Positions 28,505 through 41,691 are shown, counted from the stretch's first letter. The stretch: DNA of 64,000 nucleotides from Microbotryum violaceum (GCA_001244265.2 CDLV01000005.1:2728001-2792000); one strand, 5' to 3'. The notes: generated from the sequence alone by a model not told the origin. Translations and numbers: made by a program.

Positions 28505-29220
28505 CCCTACGCGACGACGAATACGATAACGGCACGGATGAGGAGAGATGCGAACCCATTTTCCTCCCTGTGAAGCTCACTAACGGATGTAACAGATGTG
28601 GGTACCTGACGGAAGGCAACGGCGGCGGCGTAGACGGTGAGACGGTAGTGCGCAGCGATTTGACAGTGTGTGACGTGTGCGTAGGGCGGACGATTTTTGC
28701 TGAGGCTTGGGCGGTCGCCTTCACGGAAGCGCGAGTGGCACTGATGACTTGCCAGAGTCGCCTGGCTTCTGCGTCGAATGTCTGGAAGTCGAAGTCGGCG
28801 GGACTGGTACTCGGGTCGGTTTTGATAATGGAGGCGTCAAGTTCATCGGGTGACAACCCAGTCCCTTTTATTACATCGGATAGGCGGAGTCGCTGAGAGA
28901 GTTCCTCGTCCATGTGGAGTACTAGTAGGAGCATGCGGACCAGCTGAGTGTCGCTGACAAGACTGACGCCAAGTTCCAGTTGAAAATCACGAGCGGCCGT
29001 TGATAATTCGCGGTAGTCCCCCGTCTGTCGCAGGTTGTCAAGGCGTCGATAGTGTTGCCACACGTAGTCGGACGGCAGCGCGCGAAGTATGTTGGAAGGT
29101 GCTGTACGTCTTTTTTGCATGTGACGCGGCATCGCTGGAATACCACACCTTCAGCTCCGGGTCGAGGAGCAGCTGGCCAATCGTGTCGATCTTGTCCTCA
29201 TCGGTCTCGATGCTCTTCTC
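28505..29220 (-). mobile_element. retrotransposon gag-like fragment, decayed
   Basis: [20 protein letters not shown]...ALPSDYVW...LRQTGDY has a retrotransposon-gag-like W/LRQ pattern. It lies between the RT and integrase pieces. Confidence 0.65.
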
Positions 29221-29846
29221 GTTGATTGCGAACTCGATGTTACCCAGATGTCGGACCCAATCGTTCTGCTGGTGGTTGACCATGGCTCGCCAGGCCTGAA
29301 TGACGGTCTTATTGGTGCGCTCGCTGCGGCCGTCGGTTTCAGGGTGGAACGATGTAGACATGGCGAGCCGAGTGCCCACCAGCTTGTGTTACGCGCGCCA
29401 GAAGTACGATGTAAACAGCTTATCCCGATCGGAGACCATACGTATTGGTGGGCTGAAGAAGCGGTGCCATCCCTCGTGAAAGCGCTCGGCGACGTCCTTT
29501 GCGGTATCCGCGGCCCTGCTTGGTATCAAGCGCGTGTAACCTGACAGACGATCGGCGATGGTGAGGAGCATGTCGAATCCCTGGCTCTTGGGCAAGGGAC
29601 CCACAAAATCGAGGGCCATCTCCTGCATCGGCTCGTTCGGCACCCCCAAAGCATGTGACACGCCCGACGGCACTGTGGTGGCTGCCTTGGTCCGTTGGCA
29701 TAGATCGCACGTTGAAACGTAGGCTTCGCACGAAGAACGCAGGCCCGGCCAGAAGAAAGTCCGCGACATTTGCTGGAAGGTCTTGCGCGGGCCGAAATGT
29801 CTGAGCGCATCGTGGGCATCGTGTAGAACGTCCTCCCGAAGCTGTG
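29221..29846 (-). mobile_element. Ty3/gypsy integrase fragment (HHCC zinc finger plus core), premature stop at 29389
   Basis: [11 protein letters not shown]...FFWPGL...[46 protein letters not shown]. Confidence 0.92.
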
Positions 29847-31172
29847 GCACCGCAAGTACCACCGCCAATGCCCAAACCAAGTTGAGCAATCTCGGTCCAC
29901 CAGGTAGACCGAGTTGTCGAGCGAATATCGAAGGTGGATCGTAGGTGTAGACATAGGCGGATCCGCAGGCCTCGAGGACGGAGAGTGCGTTGACGAGGGT
30001 CGAGATGTAGGTGTTGAGTAAAAGTTCCATTGAGAGTGCTCGCCTCCCTGAGCCAGAAACTGGGACCACGACGTAGTGGTTGATGAGGGTAGGAGGAGGG
30101 ATTGTCGAGCTTCGAAGAATGCCTTCGAGGTTGGAGATCGAGTCCGCCACGGACCACGGATGACCGATCGATCCCCATGTCTCTTCACAGTCGGGCTTGC
30201 CATTTTCAAGAAGGTGGTGGATCGCGTGCCGTCGTATTGTCTGATCGTACAACGCTCGTGCAGCATTGTCTGCCTTTTCATCGCTCGTTAGCACGCTCCA
30301 CTGGTCGAGGTCGAGAGATTGACCGAGGAGAGCTGCCGACTCCGATCCTTGCGGTGAAGCGAAGAATTCGAGCGCAACAGTAGAATCTTCGAAGTCAAGG
30401 TGGATCTGGGTTCTGAAAGGTTGGGTTCAAAATCAGCTTCAGTCCGAGCTCAGTCCCAGAATTTGTGACGGACGAGAGCAAGACCTTTCGAGTCAGTCTT
30501 CCCCGATTTGCCGGCGCAGGCGATTGACTCGACGGCCCCATGGTTTCAAAGTAGGGGACGTCGTGACCTATCCCCTGGGGATCGTATTGATAATCACCAA
30601 ACATCTTGATGGGTAGGATCGCGGTCACAAAGGTATGCAACATGGCTTCCATATTGGTCAGGGCCGTGCCAGGGAGATACTTGGTCGCAATCGCCGAGTC
30701 GCGCTTGTTCCGCATCAGATGGGGGATCAGGGGTGGGGGGACCCAAGGTGAAGCGGCGATGATGGAACCTGCGTGGGAAGAAGACGGTTGGGAGAGGTGA
30801 TAGTCGCGTGGAGTTCCGGCGTAATTGTAGGGCAGGGAAGACGGCTCGAGCTTGGTCGAGTCAACGGCGAAATGAGGGAAGTGGGCGGGGTACAGTGCGG
30901 AGCTTGCTGAGCCTGTCGACGAGTCGCAATGGATGCTCGGCAGTACTGCTCGTGCTCGTCATTGGAACGTGGAGACAGGAGGCGAGCGAGGGTGCATGTG
31001 GGGGCCGAAAGACGACTGACTACTAGGCTGCAGTAGCTTCCGCGGGAAGCCGCGGGAAGGGCCGAGGCGATCGAGCATGTGGGGGTGATCGAGAGTTCTC
31101 CGTCTTGCACGACCCATCCGCAACTCTTCCCCAGCTTCAGCTCTGCTTCTGCCCACATCGCCAACCTTCAAC

Positions 31173-32700
31173 ATGGCCCCTTCACTCCCTCCAAGTTCTG
31201 AATCGATCCTCGACTCGATCCGATCATCCTGTCGAGCGCTCACTGCACGATCAGACATCACGGTAGCGCTCCTTTTCCAAGTTCACTTTCGCGCCTCCGC
31301 ACCCAGCTGATCACACCTCGCATTCCACAGATCGATGACAAGGCCATCGACACTTTCTTGCACGGAATCGGAGCGGAAACATGGAGCCAGCACTTGCAAA
31401 ACAACCATCATGGACTGAGGCTACCACTGCGATTCGACTCGGCTCACGAAGAGCTCAACCTCATCGCGTACGTGGCTCTGTTACAGGATAGTATCACTGC
31501 CTGGACTTCAGCAGCTAAACTACGTGCCATTTCATTGGCCCGAATACAGTGTGCTGTCCCTGCTCAACTTTCTCTCGGGCTACCGCGAACCTTTACACCG
31601 CCTAACTCAACGCGGCGCCTTCTCGAACATTCTCTCCCTCGTGCTCTCGGCCCATCTCTCCGCAGGCGACTCGTCGTCTTCCTCACTCTTATCAGCCAAA
31701 GGAATGCACAACGCCACCTTGACCCAAATAAGTAGCATGGCGCAGATCCAAACCCATCAGGAGAAACCCCATCCAACTCTGGGGCCGGTCGTCAAAGTCG
31801 GCGAGAAAGATGACGACGCGTTCGAGATTCTCGAATTGATCGTGAGGGTGTTGAATCGGACGGGGGAGGTTTTGAAGAAAGAAGGCAAGGAGGATCTAGG
31901 GCATTGGGTCCAACAGGCTCTGTTGGAGGTCGAGGGCGAGAGTGAGCAGATGCTACGCAAGGTGCGCAACGGAAGCGAAGAAGAATTTTGAGGGTTCGAC
32001 CATCGGCTCTATCATGATGGCTCATGCATTCTCACTCAATTTGCTCTATGCAGATTTACGACACATTCCCAGATTTCCAAGATGCTTACACCGTTGGCGG
32101 TGAATGCGAGTGTTGCTTCCTTCTTCATCTCGAATCTTCCGCTGGGGAGACACTGACCCCATTCTGTCCCTGGACACCCGCAGCCGTATGCATTCTCAAG
32201 AAAGCGTTGTACCTCCTCAATGCGATCACAGTACGCTTCTCCGCCTCTGGGAGCCCTGACCATGCCCCGACATTCCCTTTACCGACGAACACGACTCGCT
32301 TCCCCATTTTTGCCGACAACGTCATACCTTGTCAGTCTCAAAAGGTGTCTCCGACGGGGTAATCAGGCTGCTAGAGATGGTGCTTGGACTGATCTCAAGA
32401 GTATTTTGTACAGCCATTTTGATGCACCACCGCATTATTGTGCTCCCCACCTCGAGGACATTGCCAACCCCACCCCTTCTCTCGACCGAAGAAGCAACCC
32501 GACTCCGAGCAGCTTCCATCTCGGCCTGTCATCGAATAGTCGAACGAGCGCAAGTCTTGTCCGGGAACGGGCCCGAGAATGAATGGATGAGGGGTATGTT
32601 GGAGGTGGATCTGGATGGGTATCTATGGGATTCAGGCAAGAGGGACTCCATTGGGAAAAACGTGGTGAGGATCGCTGAGAGGGGTACGACGATGTATTGA
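31173..32700 (+). CDS. QNG1: queuosine salvage family protein (Q_salvage/DUF2419, QNG1-like)
   Basis: Spliced product has LSLLNFLSGYR, ILKKALYL, FPIFADNVIP, LRAASISAC, DLDGYLW. Family assigned from motif recognition. Confidence 0.7.
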
Positions 32701-32918
32701 AGTGGTGCAACGTTGCTTCAGTAAATACTAGATCAATTATTGAGATGATCTAAGATGAAGATGATTTGACGGGCTTGACATTGATAAAGACAAAAAATAA
32801 AGACTGCGACTGGCGGTGGAGGGATGGCCTGAGAAGACTTGAGCGCGGCGAAGCGTCGTACTCAGCTTCACTCGACTCGACTCGGTTTCCCTATCCCACT
32901 CCCCTCAATCGGCCCACC

Positions 32919-33519
32919 ATGGTCAGTCCATATGAACCTCTGCGTTTCAAGCGCCATCACTTACCCATCCTACCATCCCTGCAGCTGATCTTCTCCGTGT
33001 TCAAGACGCTGACGGACCAAGAAGTGACGGTTGAGCTCAAGAACGACCTTTCGATCGTCGGCACGCTCAAGTCCGTCGACCAGTTCCTCAACATCAAGCT
33101 CGACAACATTCGTGTTCTGGACGAGGACAAGCATCCTCATATGGTTCGTCCGACCGCGGGGGCAAGGGCAAGGGCATCTTGTGGATGAGGCATCTTGTCG
33201 AGCTGAGCTGAGCTTGACCGCACGCTCCTCTCGCTCTACAGATGGCAGTGAGGAATTGCTTTATCCGTGGCAGTGTTGTACGATACGTGCAATTGCCCAA
33301 AGAGGCCGTCGATACGCAACTGCTGGAGGACGCCACAAGACGAGGTCAGTCGATAGTTGAATGGCTTAGGTGTGGTGTCTTTGTCGCTGGGTCAGGACAG
33401 AATCCTCAGCGATGGGCTCATGTCGTTTCTCGCCTATCTGTATGATCCAACTAACGATGTTGTGCTCACTTGTCGCGTCCGCTATCGCAGAATCTTCCAA
33501 CGCTCAAAAGGCTCGGTAA
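32919..33519 (+). CDS. LSM2: U6 snRNA-associated Sm-like protein Lsm2; first coding exon is only the ATG
   Basis: M|LIFSVFKTLTDQEVTVELKNDLSIVGTLKSVDQFLNIKL...PHM|MAVRNCFIRGSVVRYV...LLEDATRR|ESSNAQKAR*. Confidence 0.95.
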
Positions 33520-34027
33520 ACGAGATAGAGGTCAGGAGGGCCGGCACGAGACGTATGCAGAAACGTGTAATGTACTATATCAAGATTAAAGTATATCGAA
33601 GAGTGACCCGGTGTCTGGAATGAAGCCATGACGGGCTCATCAGTCTAGTGAGCGCGAGAAGCCTGAGTTGCTCTTCTCGGCGAGAAGGATCGAAGCCAGC
33701 TTTGATGGGCTAGGAATCTCATGGGACTCCACTTTTCACCCAGACCAAGGTGGTCATGGCTCTATTTCATTCTTGGAATTCCCTCGCGGTATAGGTTCCT
33801 GAAAAGCGCAAAGGCTTGGGCCGTGAGATACTTTGGCCAAGCAGGCTGATCTTCACTGAATCTCTGACCGTTTTGGCCCGGGTCCGGTCCGGCGTCGCTC
33901 CCGCGTGGCTCCCTCCCTCTCTCCTGCAACCCGCTTCCAACGCGTGACTCGCCTCTCGTGCGCCGTGCGCCTTCACTGCATTCCGTGCCCTCAGTCCCGC
34001 CTGCGCATAGACATATAGACCCTCAAC

Positions 34028-35908
34028 ATGAGCGGGACCACCAAGAAGCCGTCTCCTTTATCATGGACCAATCTCGCCGTCGGCGCCTCCGTGTCCTTGT
34101 TCGAGGGTAAGTGATGATGCTCATCTTCGTTGATCCGACTTGGGCCCCACACGGTTTACCCGACGAATGGGCCCACGGTCGGGGTGGGGTCGCCGGTCGC
34201 GTGACGAGACCCCAGTGCGATGCTGACCCGATTCGTGAATTCGTTTGGACGTTCTTAGTTACAACTTTCGGTCAAGTACGTACATTGAACTGAATGACAC
34301 GCCCCTGCGGGGTCGATTAGCTTGGGCATGTACACTGCTTCCTGGAGAACGCCCACCTCCGCCACCCAAGAAAGAGGTTTCCCCACAAAATCGTGGCCAT
34401 CCTCGACTACTACGCGCGATTCGGCTCTGCTCGGACTGTGAAGAGGTCTTTGTAAAGTACATCACGTCCGCCACCCTGATTCTTGTTCATTCCTCAACAG
34501 CCTTTAGAAGTTTTGAAGACGCACATGGCAGCCAATCGATCCGATAATGTCAGTGCCTACTCCCACTTGCCCTGCTTCAGCGACCAATGCCCAGCTTAAA
34601 TCCTTCCTAATCATCCGCTACCGCACACTGACTCTCGATTTTTCATCCACCAAAACGATCCAGCTCCGACAAGCGATCGCAAAAACGCACGCCCGAGGAG
34701 GGTTCAAAGGTTTCTACCAAGGTCTGATCCCCTGGGCCTGGATCGAAAGCGGCACGACAGGGGCGATCCTCCTCTTCACCGCGACCGGCGTCGAATCCGT
34801 CGCGACCACTGCGGGCGTCTCCAAGGCTGTGGCGGGTATGTTGGGTGGTATTGCGGGCGGAGCAGCACAAGCTTATTTGGCGATGGGTCAGTCTTGGTGT
34901 CTGACTGTGGTTCGGCCCCCGGTCGGACGAATTTACTGATTCGTCGACCGTCCCGTGCTTTCCCGCTCTTCTTCCAACGCCGCGTCGTATCGCACTCCTG
35001 ACCTTCTCGATGAAAGGCATCTGCACAACGATGAAAACCGCCGAAGTGACGCGAGCGAAAGCCGTCGTCATCCCCTCCACGATCCCGGGCCAGCCTGCCG
35101 CCGTCCTCCCCGCCTCGTCGACGTTCGGTCTCTTCATGCAAATGTACCGCGAGGGTGGTATCAAAGGTATCAACAAGGGTGTCAATGCGGTCGCGATTCG
35201 TCAGATGACCAATTGGGGTAGTCGGATGGGTTTCGCAAGGTGAGTTCTCAGCTCTCGTAAGGTTCCGAGAGGTTCAGGAGAAGTGACTGATCCTGGGAGA
35301 GCTTGTCCGGTAACAGGGCTGCTGAAACTCTGATTCGAGACGCACGAGGATTACCGGAGGGTAAAGCCTTGGATATGCAGGACAAGGTCTTGGCCAGTGC
35401 GATCGGTCAGTCAAAAGCTCTGAGGCGCGATGCGATTCAACTCTTCGGTCTAGTCTTTTGACCGGGGTGCGTATGAACTCTTCGACAGGGGGTGCGCTTG
35501 GGTGCTGGAACCATCCTATCGAAGTCGTCCGCGTGGAGGTATGACTTAAGATGGTATTCACGGTAACCAAATTCTGTTCAGAATACTGATCAATGGGAAG
35601 CCCTTCTTCTAAAGATGCAATCCCTCAAGAAGACGACCTCGGCAGCGGTGGCACGACCGACGACGATGGCTTCAACGTTCAAGACGATTTACCAAGAAGC
35701 TGGCATCTCGGGCTTCTTCAGAGGGGTCACGCCTAGGATTGGGCTGGGGGTATGGAGGGTGAGTTCTCGTTCTAGAACACTTTCGGTGAAATGAGGATCT
35801 GAAGCCCGCACCGAATGATAATCATTCGTGGATGCGGTTCTCTACCATCAGACGGTCTGCCTCGTCTCGCTCGGAGACTTCGTGAAGGAGAGGATTGCCG
35901 AACGCTAA
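34028..35908 (+). CDS. YHM2: mitochondrial citrate/oxoglutarate carrier (Yhm2-like)
   Basis: Motifs NLAVGA...FE|VTTFGQ|PLEVLKTHMAANR, GFYQGLIPWAWIE, GINKGVNAVAIRQMTNWGSRMG, WNHPIEVVRVEMQ, FRGVTPRIGLG. 17-nt microexon at 34259-34275. Confidence 0.9.
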
Positions 35909-36425
35909 AGGGAAAAAGATGTTGTATCGAGCCAAAGGACGGAAGTGTGTAAAATTGGGATGTACGATGTGCTGGAAATGGTGGAGATGTACGTATTGTA
36001 TATGATTTGGTCCCATTGCGGTCGTGCTCGAAAAGAAGGAAAGGGTGACTACTCGTACTCGCACTTCTCGATCGCTCGTGCCGGGTTTCATGCCTGATAC
36101 GGCAACTCGACTTGTCCCCGCTACCTGGTCCGGACGGCGCTTCTACGAAAGAGTCGACGCTCGTAAGAGTTTTCGATTCCTCAACTGTACTTCTGATGCG
36201 ATCGGCGGGTCCGAGTTCGCATCCCAGGCGCGGCCCGAAAAGCGGAGCGCTTAGGAGATGGTCGGTGAGACTGACATAGAATCAGGGGGCCGGGTTTTAG
36301 CTTCGTCCCGCGCGGCCCGTGTCTCGAACAGGTTTATTTCCAGACGTCTGCTAAGCGTTCTTTGACAGGAGCTGGAAAGAGCGGCAACCCACACTGTGGA
36401 ATTTATGACTTTAAACTTTAAACTA

Positions 36426-39400
36426 CCAGTGGGAACCCGTTAAATTAACGGGAGGATGAAAATTAAATAGCAGAATCGTGATCTCAGTTGAAGGTAAAAC
36501 ACACAATACAAAGGACAGCTTCAAAACTATTCCCCATTCATTGCTCTGAGAACAGAGCGGAATACTGGGTTTGGGGTCGCGGTGGCTGAGGCTGCCGCTC
36601 GATCAACGGCTTGTAGGTGGTCGTCATCATCGGCGGGGTCGCGAGAGGGCAGTAGCACCTTGATTCGATCAACACTCATGGCTCGAGACAATGCCACATA
36701 CAGCTGCCCATGAGTGAAGACGGGATGTAGGGAGAGATCGACGCCAACACGATCGAGTGATTGACCTTGGGCTTTGTTGATCGTCAGGGCCAAGGCAACG
36801 CGAAGCGGGAATTGCAGCCGGCGCATAGTGAAACCAAGTTGGCGACTGCCAGTCGCATTTGTCTCAAGTCGCACGCGAGGGATGAAGACCGTGGTGCCCG
36901 CTCGATCTCCGGTCAAGATGATGGCTTGAATGACTCTCGATCTTGCGTGCGACACGATCAGGCGGGTACCGTTGCAGAGGCCCGCGTCTGGGTCCAAATT
37001 GCGAAGAAGAACGACGGGGATCCCTTCCTTGAGACGCAAGTGATGCGCGGGGAAGTTGGATGGGTTGATTGAATGTAGATACTCTGGCGAAATCAGTTCC
37101 GGCGCCATTCCACCCCCAGTTTCGCCTGCCTCAACGACCTCGTCTGCGCTGCGATACTCGATGTAGTCGCCATTGAACTCTTCCAGCAGCTTGGCATTGA
37201 TGCGATCGGCCGTTGCATTATGCGGAGCTAGGATTTCCTGACGTGAGAACAGCTGAATCAGGTCTTCGAGGGACTCTTTGTTCACGGTCCTTAAATCGGG
37301 GTAGACAAAGTTGATCAACCCTTCGGCCGTTCTTTGACCGTCCGGAAGCAGCAGGTAATCAGGCAGCTGCGAAACGGATAGAAGGGGTCTTAGTGTCGGT
37401 TGGTTGGGTAAAAGAGGGGGGCCAAACGTACTGCAATCTTGTCGTATGGGTGCATGTTGGCAGTTCCATCTCCCACGGTGAGTAGCCATTCCGCAAAGTC
37501 GCGCGTTCGAGCCAATTGAGCTTCGTCCATCGCATCAGCGTTCGAGCTGAGACGCATGTTCTCGGTAAGTCGCAAGACACGAACGTCGCACCAGAAGTCT
37601 GCCTTGATGAGGGATGCATCGACGATTTGACCGGGAGTTCCTTTGGGAACGACAGGAAGGCACTGGCGAAAGTCCCCTACAAATTGGAAACCTCGTTAGC
37701 ATGCCGCTGTTCAGAGCGGAGGCGGAAGAGCCCAACTGACCCGCAATAATCATTGTCACCCCGCCGAAGTGCTCCTCGGTCTCTCGGAGATCACGCAGTA
37801 AACGGCCGACAGCTTCCACCGCGAATCGATGCGCCATTGGGGCTTCATCCCAAATGATGAGCTTGGTGGTACGCAGCATCAGCGCGAGATCACTCTCCCT
37901 GTCGACTGGACACGTGGAGGTTGGCAAGGTGTCGAGTGGGATTCGAAAAGTTGAATGCGCCGTGTGTCCTCCCTTGAGAAGCAACGCCGCTACTCCGGAC
38001 GACGCCACCACAATCGCTTGGTCGCCTCGAGCTCGCACAGTATCGAGAAGGGCATTTTCCACAAAAGTCTTGCCAGTACTCCCAGGTGCTAGCAGGAAAA
38101 ACACATGCTGCGGCCTAAGGTTGTTGTCGCGCATCTGATCGACGACATCGAGCTCGACCGCGCAAAGACACTCGTCAAATGCAATTCGTTGGTCGTGGTT
38201 CAGACGGGCATGCGCCGCTTCGGCATCTTGCGCGCATTGCTGGCGATCAAAACGGGGAAGCCGTTCCTCGAGACGATCAAACAGCCGCACTTCGTCCTCG
38301 GTCAGCTCGGGAAGATCAAAGAAGGCCAAAGTTCAATCGTTTGCCGCAAGGAGGAGACGAATCTTGTTGAGGGTCCACAGGCGGATGGTTTGATCGTTGA
38401 CGGGCACGTCTTCATAGCGTTCGATGTGATAACGGGCATCGCCGCTAAGAGAAGCAAAGTGACGATCCAGCAAAGCTGGTGGGTTGGCAACCGTCGCATG
38501 GATGAGCATGAACACGAATAATCGGCGTAGTTGGTCACCGGTTTCAATCTGTGCAGCTTCCCTGAGACAGATGCGATGCTCGCCATCGTCGGCGAGAAGT
38601 CCGCGAGCGGCGCAAGCGGCGCGATAGGAAGGATACACGACGTCTTCGAACATGATCAGGTCCGCAAACGATGTCGGGCCCATGACGACCTCGAGGAGCA
38701 GTCTGAGGTAAAAGCGCTCCCCACTACGCAGTGGGACGGTGTAGATTCGTCCAATGACATTGCGATCATGGACTCGGCGTTTCCAGCGCAACTTCTCCTT
38801 ATTCCAGGAGTAGTAGCGCGGCACATTCGTGTAGAGCAACGTGGTAGTGAGCTCGCCGTCGGGAGCTGCAGCGCACAGGTCGAAGAAGCCGGTCAGTTTG
38901 GAGCGAGTGGGCGGAGTGTCGAGGGGCAGTGGTTCATTGGGATTGATCTGCACAGATTGTTGATTCTCCAGATGGACCGGCAGTCGATTGACGGGTGGCC
39001 ACACTCTACCGACCGAGAATCCGAATAGGCGGTGGACCGCTTCTGGAGCACTGATGTAGCGACCTTCGACGAACTCGTTGATCTCATCTCGAACCGGTTC
39101 GTCCTCGCGAGCCCCTTCACCGTTCGCTGCACGCTCAACACGCGCCACAGCTCGATCCGGACCTTTGTACACATACTTGAAGAGGTACTTGATCGCGCCG
39201 ATCGTTGTCACAGCCTCCACATTGATATGCGCATTGTACTTGGCGCAGAGATAAGGCGAGTACGGCACGCAGTCACCATCGTTGTAGATAACACCCCCTT
39301 GACAACGGCGTGGCGAAAGCGTCGGCGATACAACGGGTAGCCTTCAGGGTGCATGCGGGTGTGGGGTTCTGTTCGCGAGGAAAATGGCGCTTGCACCTCG

Positions 39401-41691
39401 GATTACCGTACTTGTCCTTCTCCATGCAGGGCTGAGTCGAGTTTCCGCCACACTTGCCATGCAGCATGTGCTTTGTGACGGTATCGTGGAGATCAGGATA
39501 GCGCGAAGGATCGGGTATCTCGGCCGAGATCATCTTGTCGATCGCTTCCGTCGACAAAGGATGATCATCCGGCGCGAGGGTGATGAGGATATGGGCATGT
39601 GGCAGGCCCCGCTTCTGATACTCAATCACATGTGTATGCGTCAGAACCACGCCAAAACAGCCTGCACGTTGCTTGTTGCCAAAAACGTCGTCGCAGAGTC
39701 GGTTCAGCTTGGCTTCAAACACTCGTGCAATGAGATCCGGACGGTTGCATGCTTTGTCGTTCGGCCCAGTGCAGCCTTGATTTTCGGTGATTCAGGAACG
39801 CACGTCATCGTGATGAGCAGCGGAGGCTTTCCATGTTTGACAACGCACGCCATCGCATCCTGGTATCGCTGCGTGATGTCGCGATTTGGTTCGGGGTCAA
39901 GCCGTTGATGCCTTGGGTCGTGGTGAGGCGTAGGTTCTCTTGATGTAACCGGATGTGTTGAGTCAATCGGTCTTGACTTGGGAGTATATCCGTAATTCAC
40001 GAACTCCAGGAAGGGACGTTGGGTGCAATGCGGGATTGAGAAGTGCTCGTCGCATTTGGCAAGTAGTGCGCAAAGAATTGTGAACGCGAGACTCGCCACC
40101 TCGACCCCTTTACTTGACCTTCGTCCTAGGTGTTCAAAAGTTCAATGTCAGTCTGTGCTTGCGCCTTCGGCAGAATGGAACATCAGAGAAAGAGCCGAAG
40201 ACGCGTACGTTCGCCATCACCATCCTCTTCGTCCCCTTCCTCGTCGTCTTCATCCTCATTGTCGCGGTCTTCGTCCTCCTGTTCGTCTTCGTCATCCAGA
40301 CCAAGACCGGCAAGTACCTCGCGCAATTGGACACCATTGTCGATCTGCTCTCAGTTTCTGGCGAAGAGTGGCCAACTTGATCGAACCGCAAAGAGGAATA
40401 CTGGGGTGGAAGCCATCTTCCCCCGCGGGGAAGAGTAGTGGGTACCGGAGAGGCATCGCAGACGGATGGAGCGAGCTAACGGTTTGGTACTTGGGCCGAC
40501 GATCGGGACATCGATCACCGTGCACCTGGAGAATAAGGTCTTGCGGTCCACGATCTCCCGTGTTGGTGTCGGAATCGCAGAACCGCATCGCCATTTCTGT
40601 GCTTGACGTAGGAAGGTTGTGGGTGTGTCGGCCTTGGCCTAGTGGTATGCAAAGGCGCAGGATCCACTCTTTGGCCGTATCCCAACCTGCGCGAGCGTTG
40701 ACCAATGCAAAGCCCCTTACAAAGCGATTGTCGGTACGCAAGTTGGACTCGAGCTTGGTCAACGTAGATCTTTGTATGCGACTGTCTGCGCCGTTGGGTC
40801 CCAAGTTGTGTGTTGGTGGCCTCGGCCGGCTCGATGAGCCATGTCTGAGTAAAGGCTGGGCATTGATTCACGGCAGGGATCAGAGCGCCGAGTCGATGGT
40901 AGAGGCGACCAAACACGCGAAACACGGGGGGTCCTAGCGTGCCCACTTGAGTTTGGTCCCAGAGGGCAGCGAGCGAAGTGAACGACAACGCGTTGTTGTA
41001 CGATCGGGCATTCTCGCGGAATGCAACCGCTTCTGTGTGGGTGGGTAGAACAGTTCAGCATGTGGGCCATACTGCAGAGAGATGTTGTTGGACGGAGCAA
41101 CTGACCGCTATCCAAGCCTTGAAGAAGCTGCCGATACTCGAGATTGGGCTGGGGAGGGGGAGGTAGCCGCACCTTGCCCTGCGAAAACGTGGGGCTTGAG
41201 GGTTTGAGTGCGATTCGAGCCCGGCGCACTCGCCTTTGCGGAGGTGGTTGGTGGGGCGAGCCCAGCGTCGAGTTGGCCATCGCGCTGACCACGCTGTCCG
41301 TTCTGCACAGCTGCACGGCGGGCTCGTATACGTGTCGCAATGCCAAGATCGGTTAAATTGTTGTCATGACGCGCGGGGGGCTGATTCTGTTGATCGGAGC
41401 GGGACGAAGAGGAGGGTCGAGCCGCGGGGCGCCCAGCAGCGGGCGCTCGAGCTGGCCCATGGTACGGCGCTATCCTCGCGCCCAAGACTTGGCGAGGTTG
41501 CGATGGCCCTCCCTGGCGACCTTGGGACCGGGGCATAGTAGCGAGGGTTTGTTCTTGAGAGTGGGAAGGAGAAAGGAAAGGTTCGAGGGAGTGGCGCAGG
41601 GTTATTTACGTGGTTTGATTTGTTGTTCAGCCCCTAACGCTGCTGGTCGACTGGGCAATGACACGGCGGGCGCGCCGCATCACGTGACAGA
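36426..41691 (-). mobile_element. Helitron, decayed autonomous copy (5' boundary uncertain)
   Basis: RepHel coding remnants. 3' end has hairpin CCCGTTAA-A-TTAACGGG (36436-36452) followed on the minus strand by ...CTGG|T (CTRR). Candidate A|TC 5' end at 41691. Confidence 0.85.
36527..41536 (-). pseudogene. Helitron Rep/PIF1-helicase, frameshifted and intron-containing
   Basis: QRYQDAMA, IEYQKRGLPHAHIL (HUH), KYLFKYVYKG (Y2), APGSTGKTF (Walker A variant), IIWDEAPM, GLCNGTRL, QFPLRVALALTINKAQGQSL, HGQLYVALSR. Confidence 0.92.

Larger units (their letters stand above)
26882..30962 (-). pseudogene. uncharacterised host gene split by a retroelement-fragment insertion (5' part 30962-29847, 3' part 27283-26882)
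   Basis: Removing the insert and one GCGGTGC copy restores a continuous frame: ...[39 protein letters not shown]...LVIHNNSDAFGQNIETE...*. One intron near 30413-30473. Frameshift near 30900. Confidence 0.75.

Noticed and set aside
27284-41536. RIP-like hypermutation of the transposon remnants
   Set aside because: The few motif changes visible (DTG>DTD, YLDD>YLDG, GGTGKT>GSTGKT) share no context; a multi-copy alignment is needed.
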